This document shows, piece after piece, positions 18,166 through 31,205 of a stretch of 64,000 bases of DNA. The number at the start of each line of letters is the position of its first letter. Position 1 is the stretch's first letter. The notes under the pieces were generated by a model. That model saw only the letters and a program-made list of their open reading frames with translations, had not been told where the DNA came from and searched no databases. A program made the position numbers and the translations under genes. Origin of the DNA: the human T2T-CHM13v2.0 reference genome, Homo sapiens; NCBI RefSeq assembly GCF_009914755.1, contig NC_060927.1; one strand, 5' to 3'.

Positions 18166-18240
18166 TTAAGAAATATATATTTAATAATGTATATATTAAG
18201 AAATATATATTTAATAATATATATATTAAGAAATATATAT
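18166..18240. repeat. 30-bp AT-rich minisatellite, 2.5 copies
   Basis: TTAAGAAATATATATTTAATAAT(G/A)TATATA repeated in tandem. Confidence 0.9.
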
Positions 18241-21200
18241 AAGGAATAAGTAAACTTTCTTTTGACAATTGAGAAATCACTTGTGAAATTAGCTAATGTC
18301 ATAAAGTACATGATGAATAAAAACTGGAATAAAGGGAACTGGATTCGCTTACAAAATTGTGTCATTGCACTTTGATAACTCTGGCCATTTTCCCACAAGA
18401 GTATGTATCTGTCAAGCTGACTTTAAATGTAAACCTCAGCTGCTCAAGGTGCTCTCTGATAATTTTATAGCTGTAGAAAGATTACAAATCAAGGTCACTA
18501 TGCATACGTAGTATTATTAACTTAGTTTTGGAAGAAAAAGAAAAAACAAAATAGATTAATTTCATGTTTGTTTTTAGTTGGCACCTTTCCTGTAGTCAAT
18601 GCTAATTTTAATGGTTGATTTGGAGAGAAGGCATATAGGAAAGATAAGAATAAGAATAATTAATATTTGCATAGTAACAGTAGTTCAAAAAATGTTTTCA
18701 TATACTCCGTAAAGGAGGCCTTACTCTACACATGAAGATAAGGAGGGTTAAAAAAAAGTTAAAGTATTTGTTCAAAGTTTCAATAGACATTAAAAAGCAG
18801 TTCTGAGGTTATGCCTTTCCATATCATAAGAACATAATTTTTATATATTTCACCCTGGAGTGTTTTAAAAGCCACTTTAAAATATTAACATGCTATTTGA
18901 AAATAAGAGGCTAACTGATATGCATAAAAAATCAGAAAACATTACATAAAAGGAATTGTCAACAATGACAGAAGCCTAAAGAAATTCATGCCTGAGAAAA
19001 CAGATTGGTTCAGTTTGAAAGATGTGTGAAGAGAACTGGGATTTAAAAGGATTTAGTGGGATAAAGAAATTGTTTAATGGAATAATAACCTGGGAAAGAA
19101 ACATAAGGAATAGGAAGGAGGAAGCCAAAGTCTAGCTTTATATTGTGAGCTTTTATTTCTGACTGTTTAAAATTAAGGATATGTCTATGCCGAGTTGTCT
19201 TGCATTTGGGCTGAGTTTTATTTGGTGTGTCCAGAAGGGACCTCTGACTTACGGTGCTCAGCACTGGAAGAGCAACTCAAAAACTAATCACTGAAGTTTC
19301 CGTTTTTGCCTTGTCATTTCATGTTTTTAATGGATTGAGCTGAACTAGAGCTAAATAATTTCCAAGTGACAAGTTATTTCCCTAGAAGAGAAATAGTTTA
19401 CTCAGAGGGTAGGGCACAAGAACTTATAAAACTAGCTCTCTTTTTTAAATTGTCTTTTGAGTGAATTTTAGGGCTGAGAGGTTGTTTTCAGATTTTTCAA
19501 AGGTAAAGCTAGGTAGAAAAAATAAACAATTTATATTTCTGATTATAAAAACATAAGTATATAGCTATCTGCCTACATCCAACTCAATTTAAACTAAAAA
19601 TAGTAAAAGCATGTATAGAAAGCTTAATAATTAGAAATAATATTTTGTGCCTATCTCAATACTAAGGGAAATTTGAGCTTTAAGAGACTTAAATTCACAT
19701 CTGAAACGTATCTGACTTTGTATTAAATCTTGTAAAGAAATTATATAGTTGACTACAATTATGGCAGAAGGAATGTACTAATTATTGGTGACTCAGAATG
19801 CAGCAGAAGTAGAGAGGGTCCCTTGTTAAATGTAAAGGGTTACTCAGGTAGCTGTTGTTATTACTGTAATCTACTGTTCAAGAAAATGCAGAAAGACTAG
19901 AATTCACTTTTATTTATTTTTCATTTACAATATTTGGCAGTATACTATTTTTTTTCTGGTTTATTTTCTTGATAGAGCAATGACACTGACCAAAGTTCTA
20001 GTTTTCATAACATTTTTTTCAACGCAAGATTTATAATAAAGAACAGTGAGTGGTTTACATTTTTGCTACTACAAACATATAGATAAAAATTTGTAAAGTA
20101 TAATATTCTGTATTGAAAAGATGCAACTAGCTCAGAATGAGTAACTCATTAATAGATCATTTGTTTAAAAAGTAAAACTCATATTTTATGATACAAACAA
20201 ATAGTTGATTGATATATTTTTAAACCAATTATTCTACATTGAAAGTTGGGAAAAGGATGGTTCTTCTTTGTTTTATAACCTACTAAGGATCCACAACTTT
20301 ACTTTGTATTGTACTCCTTAGTAATATCTAATTAGACTTTTTGATCATTGCTTAGGAAACTTGCAGAAAACTGTTAACCATAGCTTTATGATATAATGCA
20401 TTTATCTACTTCATTTTTTTACCTACACAGAGATAGCAAGGACATTCATGTATACGTGTGTTCAGAAGCCATTTCATAAGGTGGAACATAAATTCTCTAT
20501 TTTGCAGAGAAGCATTTAGTGAATAGTCTGTTTTTGTTGTCGTCTGAAAGCCAGTTTTACTTTTTCCCTGCACAACTTATAGATCCAAAATAACTGCAAC
20601 AATCTCCTTTGAGTTGGTCTGATTTCTTAGCTGAATCCAATTCTCCTGGAAAAAGAAATAAAAGCTCCAATTTCTAGAATTGCTTTGCTTGACTGTGTGA
20701 CCAGTATTACAAGTTCTATTGAATGCCTAATGATATTATTGATAGAGATAATTGGTAAAGTTTACCAATTTACATACCTATTATAACAGCTAGTCACACA
20801 AAGCATTCACTAAAATATATTTGATGCTCAAATTTTAAAGATTATTAATTCTATTCAGTGTACTTGCTCTGCCATTTATACAGAAAACTACACACAGTTT
20901 GATAATCTTTGATAAACTGCCAACTGTTATGTACTCTGAATATTGCTTCAATGTGTTTATTCACTTAAAATATCGATTTAACTGGGAATGTCTTAATATA
21001 GAAAATACTTAGCACTACACAAAGTAAAAATAAGCTTTTTTCTTTCTTGTTTATATAGAAAGCCATTAATTCACATTATGTGTTAGTAGAATAATATTGA
21101 TTGACAAAACATATATTGTCTCTTATGTTTCACCCCATTGTGAATTTTGAGCTATTATCTTAATTGTTCATTTAAATGAGAGTAGCAATTGGTTTTCCAT

Positions 21201-21632
21201 TTTATGTAATGCATCTTTTTTTTTACTTGTCCCTTTTATCATTTTGACCTGAGGTTAATAAATACAGGAAATAACTTACATGGAAAGATTAATTTAATTT
21301 TAATGTCTTCTAGGTATTAGATCTTTCTGCTCTGTTGGGTATAAAGTAAAAACATTAAAGGAAAATGAACACTTAAAAATATGGTTTCATCATTCAGTGT
21401 GAACCCTTAAGGTACTAAAGGTAATAAACAAAAGGGGAAGAGATGAAATCAAAATGTACAAGCGGCTGCACTGTATTTGATGCTACTTTGTTGTCTGGAT
21501 GTTCTGCTTATTGTCAAAGAAAACAAATTCTTCCAAAGCATGAAAATTTAGTTTTGATATTGTGTGCATATTGTTTTGATGGGCCTTCTTTTAATAAAGT
21601 ACCCAAGACTTTGAAACTATCAAATTTACTTT

Positions 21633-21910
21633 AGAAAGCTATGGGGTTTATCCTGGGGCCAACAGGTAAAAATCTATGAAGACAGGCTAAAAAAGATTAA
21701 GTACTCTCTTGGGAAGAACATAATTAAGAAAGATCTCACTGAAATTCACAGAACTGAACATGATAGAAATAATGTCAAGCAGACTATTTTCCACTTAAAG
21801 AAGATAACAAGATGAGAGTTCATGAATGGGACTGGGGGAAAACGGAAATTCAAGGCAGATGTCAGGAAATACTTTTTCATAAAAAGAATCACAAATACTT
21901 GGGAAGGAAG
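21633..21910 (+). mobile_element. Ancient CR1-clade LINE ORF2 C-terminal relic
   Basis: From 21675 translates YEDRLKKIKYSLGKNIIKKDLTEIHR..., and downstream KFKADVRKYFFIKRITNTW, matching the CR1 motifs YEERLK.L.LFSLEKRRLRGDL.E and F..DVRKYFF..RV...W. Confidence 0.75.
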
Positions 21911-22988
21911 TCTAAATAGAAAAGCTAAAGGTAAAGTGAAATTATTGACTGTAAAGATTCAAGAAATTTTAATACACATTTTAAATGTGGAATATAAAAT
22001 AATGGAATACACAATTATTTTTCGGTTTGACTTGCTTATTTTTACATGCAATAACACAAGTCCAAAATAAACAATAAAGCATGCAATTCAAACTAATTTT
22101 AAATTATGAAAAATGGTGAAAGGGAGGGAGGCAGTACTAGTTTTACAAAATAAACTTTTTTAACCTACTAAATATAAATCACTCATTCAGTAAAGCGACT
22201 CTGGAATTGACAGAATCCTGTTAATTTTGAGAGATTATGCCAGTGTCTCTAATCAAGCACCAGTGTTGTAGCTCCAAGTTTTCTTAAATATAGTCACTTT
22301 ACTTAAAGTCACTTACCTTTAAGTGGAAAATATTGAATCATATAAATTTTGAGAACTACCAGTATCCTAAAGATTATTAGATTCCATTCTTTAAAGTTAC
22401 AGAAATTTAATGAATACTTACTAAATATCAGACCTAGACCCCAAAATCAGAACTCTGACAAGCCCTAATAATTTCATGTCCTAGGGGAACTCAAAACCAA
22501 TAGGTCTAAGACTCTTTTCTTTCCACCTCTTTCAAACAGCTTTGACCTTTTATCTGCATATTTCTGGACCTCATATTATTAATAGTTATTGCTCAGAAGT
22601 CCTCATTCTTTTTAGTGGAAAATTGTTGTTATAAAATATAATCTGAACTTTGTCAGTATACAGAATTTGGAATGATTTAACTTAAAAAACAATATTGATT
22701 ATGAGATCACGCTGGTATTTCCATTTCATATTACTATCCTAGAGTCTTAACGTTTTGATTTTATAATTATATCTCTCTTTTTATACATTATGAATTATGG
22801 TTCCTAACAATATTTATAAACCTGTAATTACTTCTTTACTTTATTCTCAACATATACAGAATATGTTCAAAATAATAATACCCATATCGTAACTGGTAAT
22901 AAGTCTCCTGAATGCATTTGTAAGTTGTTTATTTGCTTTTGGAATACATTCCATTAAGTACGGAAACCCAAATCTATTCTAAAAAGCA

Positions 22989-23138
22989 CTTGTGCCTTCT
23001 GCCATGTGAGGACTCAGTGAAAAGGTGCCATCTATGAACTGGAAACAGGCCCTAATCAGACATCAAATCTGCTGGAGCCTGATCTTGAACTTCCCTGCCT
23101 CCAGAACTACGAAAAATAAATTTCTATTGTTTATAAGC
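22989..23138 (+). mobile_element. MaLR LTR fragment (MLT1A/MST-like)
   Basis: CTGCCATGTGAGGAC...GATCTTGAACTTCC..GCCTCCAGAACT...AATAAATTTCTATTGTTTATAAGC. Confidence 0.8.
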
Positions 23139-23158
23139 TGAAAAAAACATGCCTGAAG

Positions 23159-23214
23159 TCTTTATGCATTTATACATATATCTTTATGCATTTATACATT
23201 TGTCTTTATGCATT
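23159..23214. repeat. 22-bp tandem repeat, ~2.5 copies
   Basis: TCTTTATGCATTTATACAT(ATA/TTG) repeated. Confidence 0.9.
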
Positions 23215-23850
23215 ATGTCAGCAACTGGAAAAACAGATAACATTTGTTCAGTTGGCTTTTCATTTTTAGGATTTTTTTTTCAATAGACTTTGCTTTTCCA
23301 TTTCATTTTAGTTTTGAGTATTTAAAAAACTTTATTATTCCAAGGTCAATCCTGAATAACAAGTAATATTCAGGGAAATATTATTTCCATCTTGTCCCCT
23401 CCACTATGCTCTCCCATCACATGACAATAGTGATTTATTATGATTTTCTTTATATGTAAGTGTTACTATTTGCAAATTTAAGAAAATTTATGTAGCATTC
23501 CAGTAACTCTACCCAACCAGTTGTCAAACCAGAGACTTAAGAATCATTCTTGTCTGTAGTTTTGCTTCTTTTTTAGATTGCTTGAATTTTTTTTCCTACA
23601 ACTTATACAATATCTTGTCCTGTTCACATCTAACAGCTATCAAATTATCCTCTTGCCAGCAATCATTTATCCCACCAAAATATCATCCACATAACCTAGA
23701 AAGTTATCTTTTTATAAAATAGAAGTCATACAATATTACATCTTTCATTGATTATACATTGCTTACAGAACTAAGATTCAAATTCAGATCTTCAGACTAA
23801 AAATTTAATCCCATTTCTATTACAAATATTTGTCTCCCTAAGTCTAAGGG

Positions 23851-24166
23851 TTTTGTTTTGTTTTGTTTTGTTTTGTTTGAGACAGAATCTCACTTTGTCA
23901 CCCAGGCTGGAGTGCAGTGGCACCATCTCGGCTCACCAGGTTCAACCTCCGCCTCCCAGGTCCAAACCATTCTCATGCTTCAGCCTCCAGAGTAGCTGGG
24001 ACTACAGGTTTGTGCCACCACAACCAGCTATTATTTATAGTTTTAGTAGAGATGGGGTTCCACCATGTTGGCCAGGCTGGTCTCGAACTCCTGACCTCAA
24101 GTGATCCACCTGCCTCGGCCTCCCAAAGTGCTGGGATTACAGGTGTGAGAGCCACTGTGAGGGGCC
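23851..24166 (-). mobile_element. Full-length Alu (AluSx/Sz-like) with a (CAAAA)n tail
   Basis: (TTTTG)n followed by antisense Alu ending GGCC; TSD core AGTCTAAG at 23841-23848 and 24167-24174. Confidence 0.96.
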
Positions 24167-25090
24167 AGTCTAAGATGTTTTAATGTCCAGTACATTTATG
24201 AATCACCTTCTTTGTTATTGATTTACTTTATGTTCCAAGAAGGTAGAACATCTTCCATATCACATAAAATTATATAATTACACATTATCTAAGAAGAAAA
24301 TATTGCCATGGAATAACAAAAACAGGCTTTAAAGAGCCTTAATAATGTGTTTTTTCAGTATTAGTTACATAATTCATATTTGAAGATAAAATTAGTAAGC
24401 ATAGCTCTAAAAGATGAAGTGTCATTTCTTCAGCCACTAATCTACAGAGCTGTCTAAATTCATATATATCACATTTGGGATAGACACATGAATTCAGATA
24501 TTTTGGGTCCCTGTTCTAATATCTTGAGTAACATTCAGAAAAACTAAGATCTCACATAGACATGGAAATGTATAATAAAGTTAAGATGCATGGAACTCAC
24601 TAAGAAAACCCTTCTTATATACATCCTGCTTACTTCTTTGATATATTTGATATCTTGTTATTGAAGCCTTTAACAACTGAGTGCAACTACCACTGATTTC
24701 AAATAAGTCTGATGATTAATGGAGCACAAACATTTGTGAGTCATCGACTGAAAGCCTTAGTCTAAGAGCATATCTTTAATAAGACATAATTGAGACTGGT
24801 TAACTGTGATGTGTATGTATTCATTTTACTTTTCATGGAAATTTTAAAATAAATAAACTAAATAGATACATGTGGCATTATATTAAAGACCTATTGGTAT
24901 TTTATTCTAACTGTTTTAAGTAGACAAAACTCTTTTCTAGTCAATTTGGTACATAACCAGTAGTCTAATTTTTTTGGCATATAAAAAGTAATAAAATGTC
25001 TATACTGAAATCATATTGCACACTTGGTGAACAAGCAATAAATATATGTTAATTATATACTCAAAATTCTTTCATTCAAAAAAATTTACT

Positions 25091-25404
25091 GCCAGGTACA
25101 GTGGCTCATGCCTATAAACCTAACATTTTGGGAGGCCAAGGCAGGAAGATTGCTTGAGGCTGGGAGTTAGAGACCACCTTGGGCAACCTAGAGAGACCCT
25201 GTCCCTATAAAAAAAATAAAAATAAATAACCAGGAGTGGTGACACATATCTGTAGTCCCAGCCACTCAGGAGGCTGAGGTGAGAGGATCAATTGAGCCCT
25301 GGAGTTCAAATCCACAGTGAGCTATGATTAGGCCACTGCACTTCAATGTGGGTGACAGAGTGAAACCCTATCTCTAAATGATAATAATAAAAATAATAAA
25401 TTTT
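25091..25404 (+). mobile_element. Full-length AluJ
   Basis: J-type motifs GATTGCTTGAGGC and CAGTGAGCTATGATT; TSD AAAAATTTACTG at 25080-25091 and 25405-25416. Confidence 0.93.
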
Positions 25405-25559
25405 AAAAATTTACTGATAATTAAATTCAAGTCATTATGCTAGGCTATCGGAGACAGAGAGCATTAAAATGAATAAAATTGCATTACTGTTCTTAAAGAG
25501 ATTGAAATTTAAAGAGGGAGAAAGCATAATAGCAACTACTGTGCAAATAATAATGCTCT

Positions 25560-25966
25560 GACTGGATTAAGAAAATGTGGCACAAATATACCATGGAATA
25601 CTATGCAGCCCTAAAAAATGATGAGTTCATGTCCTTTGTAGGGACATGGATGAAGCTGGAAACCATCATTCTCAGCAAACTATCTCAAGGACAAAAAACC
25701 AGACACCACATGTTCTCACTCTTAAGTTGGAATTGAACAATGAAAACACTTGGAGACAGGAATGGGAACATCACACACTGGGGCCTGTTGTGGGGTGGGG
25801 GGAGGCAGGAGGGATAGCATTAGGAGATATACCTAATGTAAATGATGAAATAATGGGTGCAGCACACCAACATGGCACATGTATACATATGTTACAAACC
25901 TGCACGTTGTGCACATGTACCCTAGAACTTAAAGTATAATATATATATATATATGAAAAGAAAAAA
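25560..25966 (+). mobile_element. 5'-truncated L1 (L1PA5-like) 3' end
   Basis: GACTGGATTAAGAAAATGTGG...CCTAGAACTTAAAGTATAAT followed by an (AT)n/A tail; TSD AATAATGCTCTGA at 25549-25561 and 25967-25979. Confidence 0.95.
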
Positions 25967-26112
25967 AATAATGCTCTGAAATTCCCACTCTTAACCCCTC
26001 ACAAAAAAAAAAAATAGAGATGAAGAGAAAATAAAACTTTTTAGGTATTTTTTGAAGGTTTCAGGTGGAATGTTTGTTAGTCACTAGAAGGGAAGGCTTG
26101 TGAGAACAGGGG

Positions 26113-26528
26113 TTATATGGTTTGGGCCTTTGTCCCCACCAGAATCTCATGTTCTGTTGTAATCTCCAATGTTGGAGGTAGGTCCTGGTGGGAGGTAATT
26201 GGGTCATGGGGTGGATCCTTCATAAATGGTTTAGCACCATCCCTTTGGTGTTGTTCTAATGGTAGAATTCTCATGAGAAATGGTTGTTTAAAAGTGTGTA
26301 GCACCTCCCCTGTCTCTCTCCCCTTCCTGCTTTGGCCAGGTAAGACGTGCCTGCTTCTCCTTCGCCGTCTGCTATGATTTTAAATTTTCTGAGGCCTCCC
26401 CAGAAGCCAAACAGATGGCCAGCATCATGCTTCCTGTACAGCCTGTGGAACCGTAAGCTACAGGCTTTTCTTGATAAATTATCTAGTCTCAGGTATTCTT
26501 TATAGCAGTGCAAGAACTGACTGATTCA
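26113..26528 (+). mobile_element. MaLR solo LTR, MSTB/MSTA-like
   Basis: ATATGGTTTGG...TGTCCCCACC.AATCTCATG...GTCTCAGGTATTCTTTATAGCAGTGCAAGAA. Confidence 0.9.
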
Positions 26529-26837
26529 ATTGGATATGGTGTCCAATAAAGGAGTTAAGGAATGGACAGGTTGCTGGGGCTGGCTAACAATATTATGAGA
26601 GAGGATTGCAGGTCAAAAAGGCCTATTCCATAGATTAATTGTTGATGACAAATACTGAATGATAGAGTTGTTGGAATAGGAGATTTCCTTGAATAAAATG
26701 CTAACTCAGAAGGTAGACTAATTATAGATCAGCCAGTCTTTACATTCTAAATGAAATCTCAATATGGGCCTTGTTAAAATTAAAATCAGATGTGAATGTT
26801 CATTTCTTACTGATGAGCCTCTCCCAGAAAAAGTTAT

Positions 26838-27030
26838 ATCAATAACTGTGAAAGATTTACCCTACTTTCAAGTTAACAAGTTAACCTGCCACGATTTCAT
26901 AGATGCTGGCAGAAAATATGAAACTCCTAGGCCAGAGATAAAGTGCATTATAATTCACAGTAATAGCAGTAGCAAGAGTGTCAGTATTTTCTTGAGCTGA
27001 TTCCTCAAGACTCAATTCTTGCAGAAAGAC
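26838..27030 (-). mobile_element. ERVL-type LTR 3' end (MER68/MER77-like)
   Basis: AACTGTGAAAGATTTACCCTACTTTCAAGTTAACAAGTTAACCTGCCAC is the reverse complement of the motif at ~8030-8094. Confidence 0.6.
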
Positions 27031-27569
27031 CCAGTTATTATTAATTGAGTATTTGGACCCAAGGCTGTACTTATTACCAATGAGAATCTTGGCATTAAGC
27101 TTCATTATGTGTATTGTTAAAAAATATCTGTAGATAATTTTGATTTACAGTCTTTGTTAAAAACAATTCAATAAAGAATGAATTTGAAAAAGGTTTGTTA
27201 AGCTTAAATCACATTGGAAAGACAACAATTACTAGTTAAGTCTCTATTGTAAACTTTTTGTGTGTTCAGTACCATGCTAGAATTTGAAGAAAAAAAAATC
27301 TTAGATGACATGTGTTTTGTAAAAATTTGCATTATAACTGGAATTATAAAAATATAAGCATAATTCAGAGAAAAAAGTACATGGAACACAGATTAAAAGT
27401 ATGGTATGTATGTAAAATAAAAAATGTTATTAATCTGAGAATAATATGTCATATTATGACTTGTTAATTAGAAACTGATTTTCATATATACCATAGAAAT
27501 TGTTTCAATAATTAATTAATTAATCCATATTTCTGCTGTGTATATATATATAGAAAATGAAAGGTGCTA

Positions 27570-27810
27570 TAGACAGTGCCTAAAACTATACTCTCTGGAG
27601 CCGAAGCACCTTAGTTGAAATCCAGCTGTTTTTCTCAGAATAAATGATTTTCGTCTCTCTAGGCCTCTAAATCCTCACAGGTAAAATCAGCATAATAATT
27701 GCATCTACTACCTGGATTGTTGTCATGATTAAAAAGTTAACATATGTAAAATCTTTAAAAAGTGTTTGTGTCACAGTGACTACTTAGTACATTTAACTTT
27801 TATCATTATT
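27570..27810 (+). mobile_element. MIR SINE
   Basis: CTCTGGAGCC...GTAAAATCAGCATAATAAT...GGATTGTTGTCATGATTAAA...ATATGTAAAA. Confidence 0.7.
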
Positions 27811-28781
27811 TCCAGGCCCTGAATTACTGTGCCATATGCTTGTCCCCCAACAAAGCACATACAGATAATTGTTTATTTGCTTGACTGTGTTTCTTGCTAG
27901 ATTGTAAACACCATAAGATTAGGTACCATACTGTACTTATCATACCTGCAATACTTGCACAATTTCAGATCTGCTATAGCCATGTCATAGTTATGGAGTA
28001 GGGGAGAGGAGAAGGAGGAAGGAAAGAAACAAAGAAAGCAACAAGAAAAAGAATGAAAATGGTTTCTCCCCTTAAGAAACTCATATTTTATTAGGAGAAC
28101 AGATGTGCATGCGGCTGATTAAAGTACACTTGCAATGTTTTGTTGAGGAGTAAGTAACAGATGAAGACTAGGGATAGCTATCTAAAGATGGGGAGACTCG
28201 TAGCGGTTTGGGGGACTATGGATGGGAGGGTATTCCGGTTAGAGGAAGCAACATAAACATAGAAATGGAGGCGTTAAAAGACATAGAATCTGCAGGGGAA
28301 AATGAGTTCACTTTGGCTTCAATATTATGTTCATAGGGAAAATTGAATACCATACAAAGCTGTGGTGGTAAATTAGATCCAGACTTCACAGGACTCGGTA
28401 TGTCATAACCTTTGTTTACATGAGATGAACTCAGTTTTGTTTTTGTTTTTGGATTTCTTTTTTTGTTCAAACACTTATTTATTTTACATTTCATGTGCCT
28501 TGTAGTTACTTTGAAAAAAATAAAAAAATTGAAGTATTTTCTTTAATTCTGCTAGCTTTTGGTACATTTGTATGGTAACTATTTTTGTTAAAAGTAAGTA
28601 TATGTAACATGTTTTATCACTCTGTCATTGGAAATTTGAGCCAGTCGCTGTGCTACGAGGCCCTCTAAATAATTAAGACATAACTAGAGGGCTGTGATTC
28701 AGTAAATCATGGTGCTAGCCCAGGGATTGGAAAGGGCCTCGGGTTTCTAACCCCCAGCCCGCTAATGAATCCCCTCTACAA

Positions 28782-28800
28782 CATCGCCACCAAGTGGCCA
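28782..28800 (-). promoter_or_regulatory. Candidate CTCF-binding motif
   Basis: The minus strand reads TGGCCACTTGGTGGCGATG versus consensus TGGCCACCAGGGGGCGCTA; it lies in a small CpG-retaining patch. Confidence 0.5.
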
Positions 28801-30502
28801 TAGAACCCCTACGGGAGGCGCTGGACTGGGTTAGAGAATGCTTTGCTCTGCAAGTAAAACCATAGTGAGTTAGACTTTAAAGGTAATCAACAAAAAGTAG
28901 TGTGTTTAATTTAAAACGCGTGTCAGTATTTATCATTAAGGTCCCCAATTCTTAGGGAAAATCCATTTCTTTTTTTAACAGAACTTGAGGAATAGAATTG
29001 AAACAGATATTTCCTAACCTTAACAATATTCATTTTTAAATGTTTCTTTCCACACATAGTCTTCTGGACAGAGGATAAGTAAAAGAAGCCAAGGGTTCAT
29101 GAATATGAACAGAGATACAGCAAAAAGAAAGCAGGAAAAAAGAGAAAAGAAATGGACAACACACTAAAAATGGCTTAGTGGGCTGCTATTTGCCTTAGGT
29201 TTTTATTTTTATTTAAAGGATGAACACAACATTACTTTAAAAACATTTATTAGTATTACAGGTAGTGTTAGATCAGCTAGTGTTTCCATCAACCCATGCA
29301 GTAAACACTTGGAAGTATAAACATATAACACCTGGCAACATATAAGCAGAATTTGAAATGAGTGGAAAGGAATGATGACAAATAACGAGGTATGGGCCGC
29401 TTGTTCCTAAATATACAGAGTTGGCTTATTTTGCCAACTCAATGTTCGGGACGTAATTTTATTAAGTTGATGCTACAGATACTTATCGTTCTCATAAAGC
29501 AACTACAATAACAAAAACAAAAGTAAATAAAATAGCCAACACTGAGCCAAAACCAAACTTTCTTTTTGTGAAGAAGAAAATATAAATTATTTACCCTATG
29601 AGAACAACAGGTAACAGTATTTATTCCCCATCTCAGTAAGGACAGAATTATTTGTGGGTAAAAAAATAATGTTACCTCTGGAAATTTGCAGCTATAGATA
29701 TGTATTTTCTAAATTAGTTTCACTGTTACAGGGCAAATCATCAAACCATCAGCAGTATAAAATGTGGCACCAAGATATTTCATGTCCAGACACTATTGCC
29801 AAAATTCTACTCTTTCATCCCTCTTAATATATTTGTTCCTTTATATATTTTTTATACTGTGCTTTGTTCCAGAGTGACACACACACAAATACACACATGT
29901 ATACATACATAATACACACACTTAAAAAATTGAGTGTATAGTTGAGTGACTTAGGTTGAAGAGAAAATAAAAAAAAGAAAATTATAAAACCAGGCCCAAT
30001 AAGCCATACCAGGTGGTCCAGTGAAGTCGCTAAAAGTGATGACCATTAGATGAGACTAAAAATAGGCTCTAAAACCTTTCTTCTCAGACTCACAGGACCA
30101 TAATTATCATCATTTCAAAACTGTTCATCACACTGACTGTGTTTCCACTCTTTGTGACCACCATTCGATGTCATTAGAGTCTTTGTTTGTCAAGATGATT
30201 GGATGTTGCTCTTGGGTGTCCCTGCTGATGAGGAATGTCAGTATAGCTTTTAGGACTGGGTGTAGGAGGGTGGCCTAAAATGATTGACTCATTTTACTCT
30301 TTGGTACTATGTAAAGAACGCATATCCTGAAATTGGCTTCCCTCCTAGAACCCACACTTTATGTGTCTGAAGGTATTGCAAACAGAGTAATTGCACAAAA
30401 TTCAGCTCAGAACCCCAAGCTTTTACCAATGGGCCTGAAAACATTTCTTCTTCCTTTGCTGGAGATGGGATCTTTGTTTTTATATCTGTTAGGCTTTACT
30501 CC

Positions 30503-30611
30503 TTTTTTTTTTTTTTTTTAGACGAAGTCTCGCTCTTGTCCCCCAGGCTCTTGTCTCGAGTGCAATGGTGCAATCTTGGCTCACTGCAACCTCCACCTCC
30601 CAGGTTCAAGC
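30503..30611 (-). mobile_element. 5'-truncated Alu (right-arm 3' fragment)
   Basis: Poly-T plus AGACGAAGTCTCGCTC...CTCCCAGGTTCAAGC; degenerate TSD CTTTA(C/T)TC; internal GCTCTTGTC duplication. Confidence 0.9.
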
Positions 30612-30974
30612 CTTTATTCTTAATATTGCTACATAACTAAAAAGAGGTTTTTTTCTTTTTTTTTTTTTTTCCTTTTTTGGAGAAGGAGTAGGGAAAATGC
30701 TCTAACAATAGAACCAATGTCTCAACAATTTCAGGAATAAATTCTTAATATGCAATTTCAACTCATTTGACTAAATGGAAAGATATTTTCAATGTACCTT
30801 GTGATCAAATACAACTGAAAATTTGATAAAAATTTAACTAAAAACAAAACTGTAACTTCATCCATGTGGCTTTGATCACAGCACCTCATCCAAATATACA
30901 CCCTACAAAAAAATCCATTTCTGTCTATTAAATAGTAACAGCCAACTATACAATATTCACAACCATATAGCACA

Positions 30975-31205
30975 TAATGTTATGGCAGCCACTGTTCCAA
31001 GAGTTTACAGAAAGTAATCTATTTACCTTTGCAAAAATCCTAGGTAGGAACTACCTATGGTAGGAATTATCACTGTGTGACAAATAAGGAAACTGAGCCA
31101 CTGAGAGATTAAATAACTTGCCTAGAATCACACAGCTAGTGAGCGGCAGAGCCAGGATTCACCCTGCATTCTGAGTCCAGAGCCCATGATCTCATCCATT
31201 AGATA
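30975..31205 (-). mobile_element. MIR SINE
   Basis: ACAAATAAGGAAACTGAG...TAAATAACTTGCCTAGAATCACACAGCTAGTGAGCGGCAGAGCCAGGATTC. Confidence 0.88.

Noticed and set aside
18166-23214. Short tandem repeats as CRISPR-like arrays
   Set aside because: They are head-to-tail units with no spacers, in eukaryotic DNA.
28807-28818. CCTACGGGAGGC matches a conserved bacterial 16S rRNA primer site
   Set aside because: Only 12 nt match and the flanks are not rRNA-like; a chance match.
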